Assembly (NCBI GenBank): GCA_964016885.1
Contig: OZ024743.1
Coordinates: forward strand, 351,726,001-351,790,000
DNA: 64,000 nucleotides
DNA from: Eledone cirrhosa
Taxonomy: Eukaryota
Direction of reading: 5' to 3'
Shown here in pieces: positions 38,972 to 52,092 of the stretch; positions within the stretch are counted from its first letter, which is position 1; each line of letters begins with the position of its first letter. The position numbers were made by a program, and so were the translations under genes. Under the pieces are notes generated by a model. The model did not search any database, was not told where the DNA came from, and saw only the letters and a list, made by a program, of their open reading frames with translations.

Positions 38972-41283
38972 TTAGTGTTTAATGGTTGAATATGAACAGT
39001 TATAATATATAAAGTGAGTTGATGTTTTAAGTCATAGACCACAGTTTTGTACCTAGGAATCTGAAATTTTGTATAGAGGTACATCTTTTCAAGATCATAG
39101 CTATGTGACTTTCTGATATTTTCGATAACCGTGGGTAAATGACAGCTACTGCTGCTAGTAGATACATAAACCTTTGATTTTATTAGCTGGTATATATCTT
39201 AAAAGTTACATCACCCTTATTTTCCTTATAGTTAATCTGCTTTTGGAAGAATTTGAATTTCTAATTCTAGGCAGCCTGGGATTGCAGAAAACTAACAATC
39301 TGCTTCTTTTTCAAGATTTCTTTGCCGTCTACCAAACATGTAGAGGCTTTGTTGTTTTTGTTTGAATGTTTGTGCTTGTTATTTAATTCCAGATCAACAC
39401 TGATCAGGACTATTTGTGACTATGCTGGCCTTTTCTTAGACACTGCATTCAGGATCACATTATCCAATATGTCCTTATTTTTCTAAACAGTAAGGTGTGA
39501 TTTGATGAAAAATTAGCTGCTATTTCCATCAGATCAAGCAACTGTGTACAAACTCCTACTTGGTTTGAAAAATTAAGCACAATAACAGAAGCCACAAGAT
39601 ACATTCCATTCCATCATCAGTTTCCTAAGTCAGCTAAACAGCTACAGCATGACTGTTTCCCCCAAGGTCTTGATCATAGTCTTGGAAAGATGTCCATAGT
39701 TCTTCCTCCGAAGAGTGAATTTTCAGATGATGGCTTAACTGACAAGCAACTCTTGCATCCATTTAGGCTGAATATTCTTTATAAGTCCTTTTACCATTAG
39801 TATAAGGTATTATCCCTTTACGATCTGAGTTCAAATCCCGCCGAGGTTGACTTTGCCTTTCATCCTTACGGGGTCGATAAAATAAAGTACCAGTAATGCA
39901 CTGGGTAATTGCTGGCCTTGTGCCTAAAGTAGAAACAATTATCAGAATGAACAAAACCTGTCAATTTCAAGATTTTCACAGAAAGCCATTGCTACCTAGA
40001 TTGGATTTGGGCATTCACTTGATCCACTCAATAAACCCACAGTTGTATCTTTGGGGATCACAGGTTGAGAACCACTGATCTAAATGCTCTTACTGAATCA
40101 TCGTTTTAACATCTGCTTTCAATGTTAGCAAGGGTTGGACGGGTCTGTTAAATTATATAGACTCAGTGAAACATTCTTGATAAATTTTCTAAACATTAAT
40201 ATCTGATAGTTTCTTTTAAGTTTAAAAAATATTTTGTTAACTCACTTAAATAGAATTATGATGGAAGTATTTAATATATGTAAAATCATTTTTAAATGTT
40301 CAGTTTTGTATCATAAATGCAGGGCAACTACTGCAGTTATATATTTTACATTGCTGATCAAATTAGAGATCCAAACTTTATTTCTTCAAATGTCTTACAT
40401 AAAAAATTGTATCTTTAAGAAAAGACCTCTCATTTTGGAAAATTATAATAAAAGTAGATATTTGTCAATGAACATCTCTTAGAAATCTTATTTAGCAAAC
40501 AGAAAACAACTTAATTTAATTTTTTTTTTTTACCAAATTTAGTTGTCTTTTTTGTACAATCATCTCTCAAATAATTTCCTTCTCAATTTAATTCCTTAAC
40601 TCTTTCATTACCATATCTCTAATAAAAGACACTGCCTACGATTCTCAAATAATTTTGAAAATAATCAGAAATTTGGAGGGATTTAATAATGTAAATGACA
40701 TTCTCATTAATAATCTGGTGCCTGAAACAACAAAGGTTCTTATATAAAATGATGATGGGTTTCTTTTTATGAATATAAACAATTTTGAATCTAGCTGGTA
40801 GGTGGTTTAGTAACAAAGGGGATAAGCAAACTTAAATGGGTTAAAACTTTTCTCTTAATATATTTATAATTATTTTTATTGCATTAATTGATTTTTCATT
40901 TCTTAAAATACCGATCACATATCTGAGACAGTGCATCTGCTACAGCTATATTCCATCCAAAGATGAAGTATAGCTGTAGGATATATGACTACCAATACAA
41001 TACAATACAACCAATAGCCCACTGACATACTCCTGCTTCCTTTTGTCTCTTATTGTTACTGCAAATTATCTCTATTATTCTCAATTAAATCTCACAGAGG
41101 AGATGACGAAGGACTGAGACAATTGGAGAGATTCTGTACTGTAAAGAACTTGTCCAGTCCATACAAGCATGTAAAAGCAGTTGTAAAACTGTGGTGGTGA
41201 TGATGTGTATTCTTCATGACCAATCCCAAACAATGCGCAGAGCTCAAATGAAAAAGACTACAACGGATTGGTTTGCTCTAGAC

Positions 41284-41575
41284 CAGGCATGGGCAACCTT
41301 TTACGAGAAGCAGGCCGCATGAGATATGGCTCATCATCAGGCGGGTTGCAAGCACTAATTTACATTCGTGCCCACATTTTTTAAAAAAAGGTCAATAACT
41401 CAGGTTGTTTTGATTTGTTTCTTCAGAATTCGTACACGTTTTCCTTGATCGTAAAAATGATAGATAGATAAATTACAACTGAAAAGTTAGGGTTAAAAAA
41501 ATCAGAAAGATTTCACTTGGGTGACTTAGGCAAGCCATTCAAAAAGCTTCGCAGGCCGCATGTTGCCCATGACTG
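41284..41575. mobile_element. hAT (Charlie-like) MITE
   Basis: TIR CAGGCATGGGCAAC / GTTGCCCATGACTG; 8-bp TSD ctctagac/ctctagaa. Confidence 0.88.
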
Positions 41576-42348
41576 CTCTAGAAATCTTTAATGATGCTCC
41601 AACTTTTCAGTGATGTAATATATAATTTTCTTTTGGCCAATTTCAAAGCATTTTTTTTCCTCAAAGTAATTACAGTTTAACCCTTTAGCATTTAAACCGG
41701 ATGTATCTTACCAAAACTCTCTCACCTCTTTCTGCTCAAACCGGCCATGGCTGGCTGCTCATACTTATGTTAAGGTATTGTTCTCAAAATAAATATCAAA
41801 ATCTAGTAGATTCAATATTATGTGAGATAAAGTGTTTATCATGTAAATATAGAGTAATGTAAATATTAAAGGGTTAACTCATTTTCTTGATTCTAGAGAA
41901 ATATAAAATAAAACAAACCCCAACTAAATTTAAATTCAGAGCATAGAAGAAATAAAACAAAATACTATAGAGAATTTAATCCTAAGTTCCACTATTTCAG
42001 TGTATTGCACTTAAGCCTACACGTGATTGCTTAACCTGCTAGAAATAGCAGCTAAATCTTTCACTCACACAAATAACATCATATCTATAAAAAAAAAAAA
42101 GTAAATACACATTAGAGAATATAAACTTCTAGAAATTATATCTCAAACTAAAAAATGGTAGGGTAGTCATGGCTAGAACATCTTTGATAATCAGTCAGCT
42201 CAATCAGAACTGACTTAAAATTAAATAAAAACTTATTGCACTACCATATTTCACAAAATTCTCTTCAACCTAATAAATTTTCTTTTTCCAATGGTTTTAG
42301 TGTATCAGATATTTGATAGCAAAGATTCTCTGGTTTCATCTCTACCTA

Positions 42349-42947
42349 CTGTATATACTCATGTATAAGCTGAGAATTATGTTGCAAAAAAAATGGTGGT
42401 CAATATTTTGCTGATTTTCAATTACTTCAAAATACTATGTAAATGAGATGCTAAAATATGTTTGCTTCGCAGTTGAATATTACGTTTTCACTTTTGACAT
42501 GAAATTCATTTTTGATGTGTTTTGAATGACTATGGCCTACAAAATGGTTCGAAATTGGTAAAAAAAATCATTGCGTCATAAAACTATACTCTAAACCAGG
42601 TATGTCAAATATTGCAGCCCTTTACAGGCACACCTGCAGCATGCACGAGCATGTTTTATCTTCGCAATATGAAATTTAAAAAATTAGTTGTAATCTGCGC
42701 AATTAATTGTGTGTAGCCCTCGGGAGACCCTTAGTTTGACATGCCTGCTGTAAACGGCACTTAAAATGTTTTGAATATTAAATATTAAAACTTCATAAAT
42801 ATATTCTCCACTCACTAGAATTTCAAAACCCTACCATCTAAACATTGTGAGTTGATTAGCTGCCTCAACTTATACATGAGGTTTGGATTTTTGCCCATTT
42901 CTCAGGCATGAAATAAGGTTGGAAGGATTATATTTAAGTATATGTGG
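42349..42947. mobile_element. Tc1/mariner (Tc2-like) non-autonomous element, interrupted by a hAT MITE
   Basis: TA|CTGTATATACTCATGTATAAG...TTATATTTAAGTATATGTGG|TA. A related right end lies near 8455-8472. Confidence 0.6.
42597..42747. mobile_element. hAT (Charlie-like) MITE nested in the Tc element
   Basis: TIR CAGGTATGTCAAA / TTTGACATGCCTG; 8-bp TSD ctctaaac/ctgtaaac. Confidence 0.88.
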
Positions 42948-43169
42948 TACATCTTTACTGAATTACATACCAATTATGATTTAATTTATATGTCTCTTTG
43001 TTAGTTCCATTTGTATTGCCATAGTATAGATTAAACATTTTAAAACGTTAATGTGACCCAACCCAGACTCCATAATGAAGATAAGTACCAGTAATATATT
43101 GATGTTGATTCGCATGACTATGTCCTTTCATATACAAAATTGATGTGAAAAAAATATCTAAAAGCGAGT

Positions 43170-44270
43170 TTCATCATCATCATCACTATTTAACATCCAT
43201 TTTTCCAAGCATGGATTAGATGAGTTGTCCCTTTGTGAGACAAGTCAGATCAGGTGACCATATCTTGCTCATACAGAACTGGTTCTCGCTTGATTTCTAA
43301 TTTTGGATGCCCTTCCTAATGTCAACAACATTTACAGCGTGTACTGGGTGCTTTTTGTCATGACACTTATACGACCACTTTATAGTGTGAGTTGGGCCCT
43401 TTTTGTAGTGACGTCTACATGACCACTTTACAGTGTAGGCTGGGCATTTTTTATCATATCACCAACACGACCACTTTACAGTGTGGGCTGGGCGCTTTTT
43501 GTTGTGATTCCTACATGACCACTTTACAGTGTGGGCTGGGCGCTTTTTGTTGTGACACCTACATGACCACTTTACAGTGTGGGCTGGGTGCTTTTTGTTG
43601 TGGCACCAAAATGACCACTTTACAGTGTGGGGTAGCGATTGGTGAGGTAGATCTAGGGACATGGATGAGGAGTGGGAGGTGAAGATGTATACTAGATATA
43701 TGTTTCAACCTGTACACAGGAAAACAGGTCTTCTGTATACTGCATAACGCCAGAGATCTCGGTCCTGTGTTATTGCCTTTGTGAAGTGCAGTTGTGCAAA
43801 GTCAGCTTTTATCACTTCATCCCAAGTCTACCTAGGTCTCCCTACTTCATAGCTTCCATCAACTTTGAAAACTCTGCACCTTTTTATACAGCTGCCATCT
43901 TTCATACACATCACATGTCCATACCAACACAATATCCTTTCCTGCACACTGCATCAGATCCCTCTTATGCCCATTTTCTCCCTCAGTTCATTTATGCTTT
44001 GCCGTTTATTTATATTACTATTACACATTCATTGAAGCATGCAAGCTTCATTACTTTCCAATCATCACAGGTCTTCTGCAAATAGCACCCAGGCCTCACT
44101 ATCATCCAACATCACTGTTCGTATACAAGCATTATACAATCTGCCCTTTGTTTTGATGAAAAACCTTTGGTAGCTCCCTGAACTTTTTCTATTCTCTTCT
44201 CACTCTGGCTACTGTGCTTTCAAAACATCCACCTCCACTTCTGATTTGGTCACCCAGGTAGCAGAAACTG
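43170..44270 (-). mobile_element. RTE LINE 3' part with expanded tandem repeat in its 3' UTR
   Basis: (cat)n tail at 43172; ORF2 C-terminal remnants at 43730-44270. Confidence 0.85.
43325..43632. repeat. 48-bp minisatellite, 6-7 units
   Basis: gaccacttta recurs at 43373, 43421, 43469, 43517, 43565 and 43613. Confidence 0.95.
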
Positions 44271-45437
44271 TTTGTAAATTTAAATGTCTATTAGTAACTT
44301 TACTTCTGAACAGATTGTGAAAATTTGCAATTTTAGAGACTCATTTTTAATATTGCTGTTTTGTATTTTTCAAGAATGTTTAATTTATCTATTTATCCAT
44401 GCTGGCATAGGTTTGCAGGTCTGCTGTGCAATATAATGCCACTTAAAACAATTCTTGGTCATCTTAGTAGTGAGACTCAGCATTTAGAGGTTGGGCTTCA
44501 CAACTTCTCATGTCTTCCCTTATACAAATATTTGTTTTAGCTTCAATACTTAATAGATTTTGTATCAAGTTAGATAAAGTAAATTTAACATTTTATGTAA
44601 TATAGTGGTTAGTGATAAATGCTATATATCCAATTAATGATTTATAATCTAGGCACAAGGCCAACAGTTTGTGTGAAGGGGGAAAAGTTGATTACATCGA
44701 CCCTAACATGTGACTGGTACTTCATTTTATCAACCCTCAAAGGACGGAAGGCAAAACTGAGCTCAATACAATTTGAACTCAGAATGTAAAGAGCCATAAC
44801 TATACCAATATCAAGTGTCCACAATGTTTTTGTTGTTTTTTTTTGTATGATTTAATTTGCTGTAATTTGTTCTTTTTGGATTACACATGAGAATAAACTG
44901 AACTAAAATTGAAACTGTCAGCTTTACAATGCCTTTTAACCCAGCAGCCAATCATTCATTTGCATCACATCATTTACCTGGGCAGTTATCTCTCCACCAT
45001 ACATTGGCTGATGCTCAGCTACTTTGCATTTCTTTTCATACAAGTTAAATATTTTACATTTATAAATTCAGTGCCCATATCTCACTACCATGCAAGGCCA
45101 GACTTCTCACACAAGCTTCATTGTTGACCTTTCACACAAAAAGCCTCTGTTATTTAGCCCTAAATCAACTGCAATTGAGCAGACCTATGATGAAAGGAAT
45201 TCCTGCCAAGACCATCTTGTCTTTATGCATTCCTAGAACTATATTATTCAATGTCTCTTTTTTTTAAGGTAGTAGGGTGTAAACTGAGTTATGTGTTTGC
45301 TATTTCTAGCAATTCAAGCAACTGCATTGAAGCTTCTCCAGTTTTCTACAGAGATAACAGTCCCCTACACGTGGGGTCCAGAATAGTTGTTTATACTAGT
45401 TTCATTTCTTTGAAGCTAATTCTAAAATCATCATACC

Positions 45438-47522
45438 ATCATCATCATTTAATGTCTATCTTCCACGCTAGCATGGGTTTAGATGGGAATTGTCCCACTT
45501 GAGGCAAGATTTGGTTGTCTTGTTCGTATGGGACTGTCTGGCAGGTTTTCTACGGCTGGATGCCCTTCCTAACACCAACCAGATTTACAGTGTGGACTTT
45601 TTTTTGTCGTGACACCTACACGACCTCATTTATATAGAACTGAATGTTGTGGTACTAACATAACTTTACAGAGAAAGAGGTTGTGTTGATGGGGGTAGTG
45701 GGATGGGGGTGTATTTTTGGTTAAGAGGTGCCTACCGCTTTGTACATAGGCAAGGCAGGTTTTCTGTATTACTGTGTAGCGCCAAAGATCTCGGTCCAGT
45801 GACATTGTCTTAGAGAGGTTCAAGTCTCTCAAGTAAACAGCATCTGATCCCTCTTATTCCTAATTTCTCACTTAGTTCATTTATGCTTTGCCATTCACGT
45901 ATATTACCAACGGAGCATGCAAGCTTCGTTCCTCTCCAGTCTGCGCAGATCCTCTGCACACAATGCCCAGGTCTCACTGCCATGTAACATTGCTGTTCGT
46001 ATGCAGGCATCATACAGCCTGCCTTTCATTTTTAGAGAGAAATCTTTAGCGGCCAATAGTGGTATAAGCTCTCTGAACTTTTTCCATCCAGTTCTGACTC
46101 TGGCTACTGTACTTTCAGAGCACCCTCCACCACTGCTGATTTTGTCACCCAGGTAACGGAAGGTGTCCACTATTTCTATAGAACCACCTGGGCAATGGAA
46201 GGAGCTAGTATCCTGTGGGCACTTGCTACTTATTGCACCTGAGCACCGGCTACATATAAAATCTATGTTCTTAGTTAGCTTACCTGAGATCCCACTACAT
46301 CTTTTATGCACCCATACTTTGCATTTGGGACATAAAATGGAGTTTCTGTCTACTCCTTTTCTACACACTGAGCATGGCCATTTCCCAGAGGGGACCAGTG
46401 CCCTATTTTCCTTCCTACATACTAGAACTTTAGTCTTAGCCAAGTTAACTTTAAGGCCTTTTGATTCTAGGCCATGCTTTCATGTTTGGAATTTCTTCTC
46501 TAGTTCAGCTATGAGTGTTAGATCATCTACATATAGAAGTTCCTATGGGCAGCCAGTCTTGAACTCCTCTGTTATAGCCTGAAGGGCAATAATAAATAGG
46601 AGCCCTGATGAACACCAACTTTTACGCTAAATTCTTCACTATATTTTTTGTTAATTCTAACCTTGCTGACTGTTTCTTTATACATGGCTTGTGTAGCTCT
46701 CACAAGCTATTCATCAACACCTAGTTTTCTAAGAGCCCACCAGATAATGGAGCGGGGGACTCTCTCAAATGCTTTCTCCAAGTCAACAAAAGCTAAGTAT
46801 AGGGGTTTACTTTTAGCTAGGTACTTCTCCTGTAGTTATCGTACAAGGAAAAGAGCGTCTGTGGTACTTTTACCTGACACAAACCGAAACTGCATTTCGT
46901 CTAGATCAATTCGCTCTCTGATGAGGTTGTGCTATAACTCTTTATGTGACCTTCATGACCTAGTCAATTAATTTAATGCCTCTATAGTTTCCCCTATATA
47001 GAGCATCTCCTTTACCCTTGTAGCAGTTAATGATGATGCTGCTACGCCAGTCATTTGGTCTGACCCCATTCTGTATGACTTGGTTTACTATCCGGGTGAC
47101 CATAGTGTGTCCCACCGATCCAGATGCTTTCAGCATTTCAGCAACAATCCCCGAAGGCCCAGCTGCTTAGCCTGTCTTCATATCTTTGATTGCCTTACTT
47201 ATTATACTACCTTCAACTTGCACTGCTGGTCCCTCTATTGGTTCGATTTGGGGCAGACTATCTTTTTCCCATTTATTCTCTTCATTTAGTAGCCTCTCGT
47301 AGTGACACTTCCAAGCTACCTTCTTATCAGCATCAGTGAGCGCAAGTACACCATTATCATTACGGATACACTTCTCCCCGACAATATCACGGTTTTCCTT
47401 GACACATTGCCTAGCAATCTTGAACACCTCACGTTTTTGGTCCTCGCGTTGTAGAACATGCTTGAACTTTCTTTCCTCTGCTTACCTTCTTGCAAAGTAC
47501 ACTTGTCTCCTAGCTTCCCTCC
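45438..47522 (-). mobile_element. 5'-truncated RTE LINE (RT, Cys-rich insert, C-terminus, 3' UTR)
   Basis: ORFs 47167-47427 and 45904-46443 (GKWPCSVCRKGV...WVHKRC, YLGD, LHGSETW). LAFVDLEKAF at about 46770-46800. Confidence 0.93.
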
Positions 47523-49072
47523 TGATTAAGATTGTTTTTCTTTTCCTTTATTGTTTTAGCTAGCGAAATGAAATACAATGGCGTTTTCTAAAAACTACTT
47601 ATGCTATGAGAAGAAATTCGAAGTCTTTTCACAATGGAAAATAAAATCTTAATCATTGTTGATTTTTATTTTTAAAGTTTAAAAAAAAAAATGAAAATGT
47701 ACAAAAAAAAAAGTATTAATTTTTATTTTTATTAATCATAGGTGATTTTTATTCTTATAGATTAAAAAATAGCCTGCCTTGAACCTAGAGACCTATCAGG
47801 CTGAAGTTTATCCTGAGATGGTATGGTAAGCAACAAAGTGTACAAGACCCTCCTGGCTGATAACACCAATCCATTGCAAAGTTAACCCTCTACTAGTGCA
47901 CTTTTTATTTTGGCTGAATGGATTGGAGCAGTGTGAAATAAAGTACTTTGTTCAAGGACATAATTCACTTCCTAGTCCAGGAATCATAACCATATGACCA
48001 ACACTCTAATTGCTATTTCACATAACTTACAAGAGCATGCACCACAATAAAGGTATTAAAAGCCATGGTTTAACCCTTTAGCATTTAAACCGGCCAGGAT
48101 TCTCTATAAAAATTTCATAAATTCGATATTATTATATAAAGCCTTTACCATGAAAATACAATAGTAAATATAGAGTAATGCAAATGCTAAAAGGTTAAAT
48201 ACTAGATGAGTAACCTTCACTACATTTTAGAAGCTGTCTCAGCCCAACATAGTGGTGAAGCGCTTTAGATATCAGGGAAGCCTGAAATTATAATCTAAGG
48301 TAGTTGGGAATAAGGATTTCCAACAAAGTAAGCCAGGGGTAGCTAGAAATATGGCTACCAGAGGGAGTTTATCATGATTAATGGCCAAGACAGCTTAATT
48401 GTCAAAATGGGAGTGGGGATTTCAACCCAGAAGTACGTGACAGGTTTTTATAAGTTACAATTTTCAAATAGCTTGAATTATAATTCTAAATATTTATAAG
48501 TACAATACCTACATATGAACTCAGAAGTGGCAGAATGAAAATGTATTGTTCCTTAAAAACGCTATCATTAAGATAGTGTGTTAGCGCTAGTATAGAATTT
48601 AAATAGTTGACTGTATCAAAAAAACTTGAAGAACCAGAGCTAAGTACTTTGATAGAACTACTTTAGCCACTGGTAATTATATTTTCCTTAACTATTGATA
48701 TCAATTGTATTATCCTCATCACATTTTCTCATGCCATTTACAATCATTTGCTCATATCCCACAGACTATAAGAAAATAAAAAGGTAGTTTTAAGTGCACA
48801 GTGTCCTTTTGTACAAAGGACATAACTTCATTTTTTTGTCATTGACCGAAAAATTAGGTGACTTCTCACTTGATGAGTTCAAATCCCTCCCAGGTTAGCT
48901 TGACCTTTCATCCTTAAGGAGATTGATAAGATAAAGCTCCAGTAATGCACTAGGGTCGATTTGAGGTTGGTGAATTGGCAGTATCGTTAGAGCGTCGAAC
49001 ATGCTTTGCGGCATAGAGTTACGGCCCTTTGCATTCTGGGGTCAAATCCCGCCGAGGTTAGCTTTGCCTTTC

Positions 49073-50163
49073 TGTGGTTAGAAAAAGCTACTTCACTTAC
49101 CGCTTTCGCTGGCACCGCTAATCCAATGGCTGGTTTCTCCTCTCCCACATGCGTACAATGCAACTCGTTCCGGTCAAGCACCCTTCCAGTCAAGCACTCT
49201 TCCGGTCGAGCACTCCCTGGCCACCGCACACCACACCATACCCCCCCCCCCCCTGATCTCAAGGATCAATTTCCCCCTCGTCCTGCTGCATATGAAAGTC
49301 TGCTGTCCAGGTTGGTGGTTTGCGACTTCTTTGCGATCTCCGCAGTGTTGGGGCGGCACTTTGGGTTTCCTCTTCCTCGGAGTCCATTGACACAGTAATT
49401 CTACGGACATCCAGGACATGACGTGGTACTCCGTCCACGGACACATTGTTCTGGGAATTTACGGCCGTCACCGTTCCCCTTCCCCATTGAGATGTGCAAC
49501 GTGCATCTGGGGGCTTAACCCAGACAAATGCGGCTAACGGTCCTTCCGTGAACGCTTCCATCATACGCCTCTCAATCTTTGGTACATCCCTTTGGCTGTG
49601 TTCATCCATCTCTAGGAAGAGTGCCAACGCATCCCCCTCAAGGTACAGTGCCATGAGGCCAGCCACATCTATCTTCTGTAAGCGTGCGACCAGCCGGACT
49701 TTTCGCAGCCAAGCGACAACATCGCCTTCACCGGTAAATGCTCTAATCGCTTCTCTGCTCATTCGTAATCTCGTCGCCATATCCTAATTTTGTCTTGCGG
49801 TAAGTAATAAAAAACAACAGACTCCTCTCTGTTTTTCCAGTAGCTTTGTTTTCGAGAATGTTTTTTTTTTTTGATCAATCAGATCTCAGTTTCCAGTGTC
49901 GAAATAGCTTGTGGTTAGAAAAAGCTACTTCACTTACCGCTTTCGCAGGCACCGCTAATCCAATGGCTGGTTTCTCCTCTCCTACGTGCGTACAATGCAA
50001 CTCGTTAACTGGGAGCTCCAAGACTGACGTCCACCACGTTCGCTGACCACCCTAGAGAGAGGCAGACCTGCTGGCCCTTCCGGTCGAGCACCCTTCCGGT
50101 CAAGCACTCTTCCGGTCGAGCACTCCTGAGCCTCCGGCCACAGCACACCACACGATACCCACA
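49073..50163 (-). mobile_element. Miniature internally deleted Gypsy LTR retrotransposon inserted in a SINE
   Basis: Direct LTRs at 49073-about 49243 and 49910-50163 (TGTGG...CCACA). G-run PPT, TGGCGACGAG PBS-like motif, TSD ctttc/gtttc. Confidence 0.9.
49259..49780 (-). CDS. Gag N-terminus fused in frame to integrase C-terminal tail (173 aa)
   Basis: FTGEGDVVAWLRKV...LYLEGDALALF (gag-like), then VWVKPPDARCTSQW...VDGVPRHV...RRSQRSRKPP (Gypsy integrase tail-like). Confidence 0.7.
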   Translation of the reverse strand: MATRLRMSREAIRAFTGEGDVVAWLRKVRLVARLQKIDVAGLMALYLEGDALALFLEMDEHSQRDVPKIERRMMEAFTEGPLAAFVWVKPPDARCTSQWGRGTVTAVNSQNNVSVDGVPRHVLDVRRITVSMDSEEEETQSAAPTLRRSQRSRKPPTWTADFHMQQDEGEIDP

Positions 50164-50966
50164 GTTTCAACCTTACACGGTCGATAAAATAAAGTACCAG
50201 TAATGTACTGGAGTCGATTTAATCAACTTTATTCTCGCCCCAAAATTGTTGGCTTTCTTTGTGCCATTCTGAGTTCAAATCCCGCCGAGGTTCACTTTGC
50301 CTTTCATCCTTACAGGGTCGATAAAATAAAGTACCAGTAATGTACGGGGTAATTGCTGGCCTTGTGCCAAAAAAGTAGAAACAATTATTAAGAAGACTAG
50401 CGTTCTAAATTCAAATCCTGCCGAGGCCAACTTTCCTTTTCATTCTGCCGGGGTCAATAAAATAAAATACCAGTTAAGTACTGGGTCGGCATAATCGACT
50501 TTCCCCTCTCCTCAAAATTGCTGACCTTATACCCAAATAAGGAATTGTTATTAAGAATACTAACCACCAAGAACATTGCATCATAAAACCTGATAAATGC
50601 CTGCGTTTAACCAATCAACTGTGAAATGCAAATATAAAGAAAGAACAAAACCAAAAGCCTAATGTTGCTTCCCTTTTAACGGCTGAGGAGCCTCGATGTG
50701 GCTGCTCAATCTGCTAGAAGTAACATCCAAATTTGTCTTAAACTCACATTGCTGTCTTTATAGAAGAAAACAAAGACGAGATGATCACGACTGGAAAGCT
50801 TTTGAGTATAGCTCTGTTCATTCAGAACTGAAATGCGAATAAACAGCAACTATTTGAAATATTATTCCGTGTGCTCCACAGTTAATCTACCTGTGGACTT
50901 TTCTGTGGAAGCAACCGGCGATAGATTAGCATAGTGTCATATTAAACAAAATACTTATCTCATCTG

Positions 50967-51488
50967 AAGAGGCGTATCTAGGGTATGGCAAGCATGACAC
51001 GTGCCATGGGCGTCACTTGAAAGGGGGCACTATCTGGACTAGGAGTACTTTCTATTAAAGTCAGATAAGCTATCATCAGAAAGTGAAAAAAGATCTGTCT
51101 TTGATTATCATGGGTGAGAAACACTATTGTGGCTGGATCATTAAATAATTTATATAAATTATTAGGCCCATAGGTAAAAAATACAGTGCTGGTGAACTGC
51201 ATGACCACATAGGCATACCCCATAGTATGACCTGTCAGATATTTTAATAGATTCAAATATTTGTCGAAGATTAGTATTACACAAATTGCTTCCTTGAAAT
51301 AAACTAACACTTAAGCGTAAAGGATAACTGTAAAACAAATGAAAATACAGTTTAATCCCCTAAACCCTCGTTTATTTAAACTGCGCTGTCAATCCCATTG
51401 TCTAACAACTACTATATAGCTTGCTGCATGGGCAGGGACGTAATTTCAATATTTGCCATAGGCGCTATTTTCCCTTGTTACACCTCTG
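50967..51488. mobile_element. hAT-type non-autonomous DNA transposon
   Basis: Ends (a)AGAGGCGTA / TACACCTCTG; 8-bp TSD ctcatctg/ttcatctg. Confidence 0.75.
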
Positions 51489-52078
51489 TTCATCTGCCAA
51501 ATGCTACAGCATAACTCTATAAATCCATGAACTGAATTTTCAATTTTATTTTACAATTTAAAAAAAGATAGTTGTTAGGTTTGTGAATTTTTTTTTCTTC
51601 TGTTGTGTAACACTCGATGGGGCTAACCTGAATCATCACCGAAACAAACATGAGATCCATTCAAAGCAACTACAATTTGGTATCCAGTGACCTTTCATCC
51701 CTCTAAATATTAGCTTCATGATAATTGTTTCTACTTTAGGAACAAGGCCAGCAATTACCCAGAGTGCATTACTGGTACTTTATTTTATCGACCCCGTAAG
51801 GATGAAAGGCAAAGTCAACCTCGGCGGGATTTGAACTCAGATCGTAAAGGGCCGTAACTATGCTGGAAAGCATGGCGTCCGACCCTCTACCGATACTGCC
51901 AATTCTAATGTCGCCTTACTTTGCTTTATAGCGTAATGTTGTCGTTATTTAAAATGGTAACGTTTATTCGCATTTTTTTTTTAACAGCACAATATAGAAA
52001 TAATCGCATTTATAACTAATGCAAACATTACATTCTAACATTTAATAAAAACTATTTACAAAAAAAAAGTTTATACCT

Positions 52079-52092
52079 GTTGTCATAGTAAC
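52079..52092. promoter_or_regulatory. RFX X-box (GTTGTCATAGTAAC), putative RNF32 promoter
   Basis: Near-consensus 14-bp X-box palindrome in unique, CpG-retaining sequence, followed by a possible donor (ttc|gtaaat near 52147). Confidence 0.6.

Noticed and set aside
43325-43632. Regularly spaced repeats resembling a CRISPR array; ORFs 43392-43682 and 43459-43662
   Set aside because: Whole 48-bp units repeat with no unique spacers, there are no cas genes, and it lies in a eukaryotic LINE 3' UTR. The ORFs arise because the unit length is a multiple of 3.
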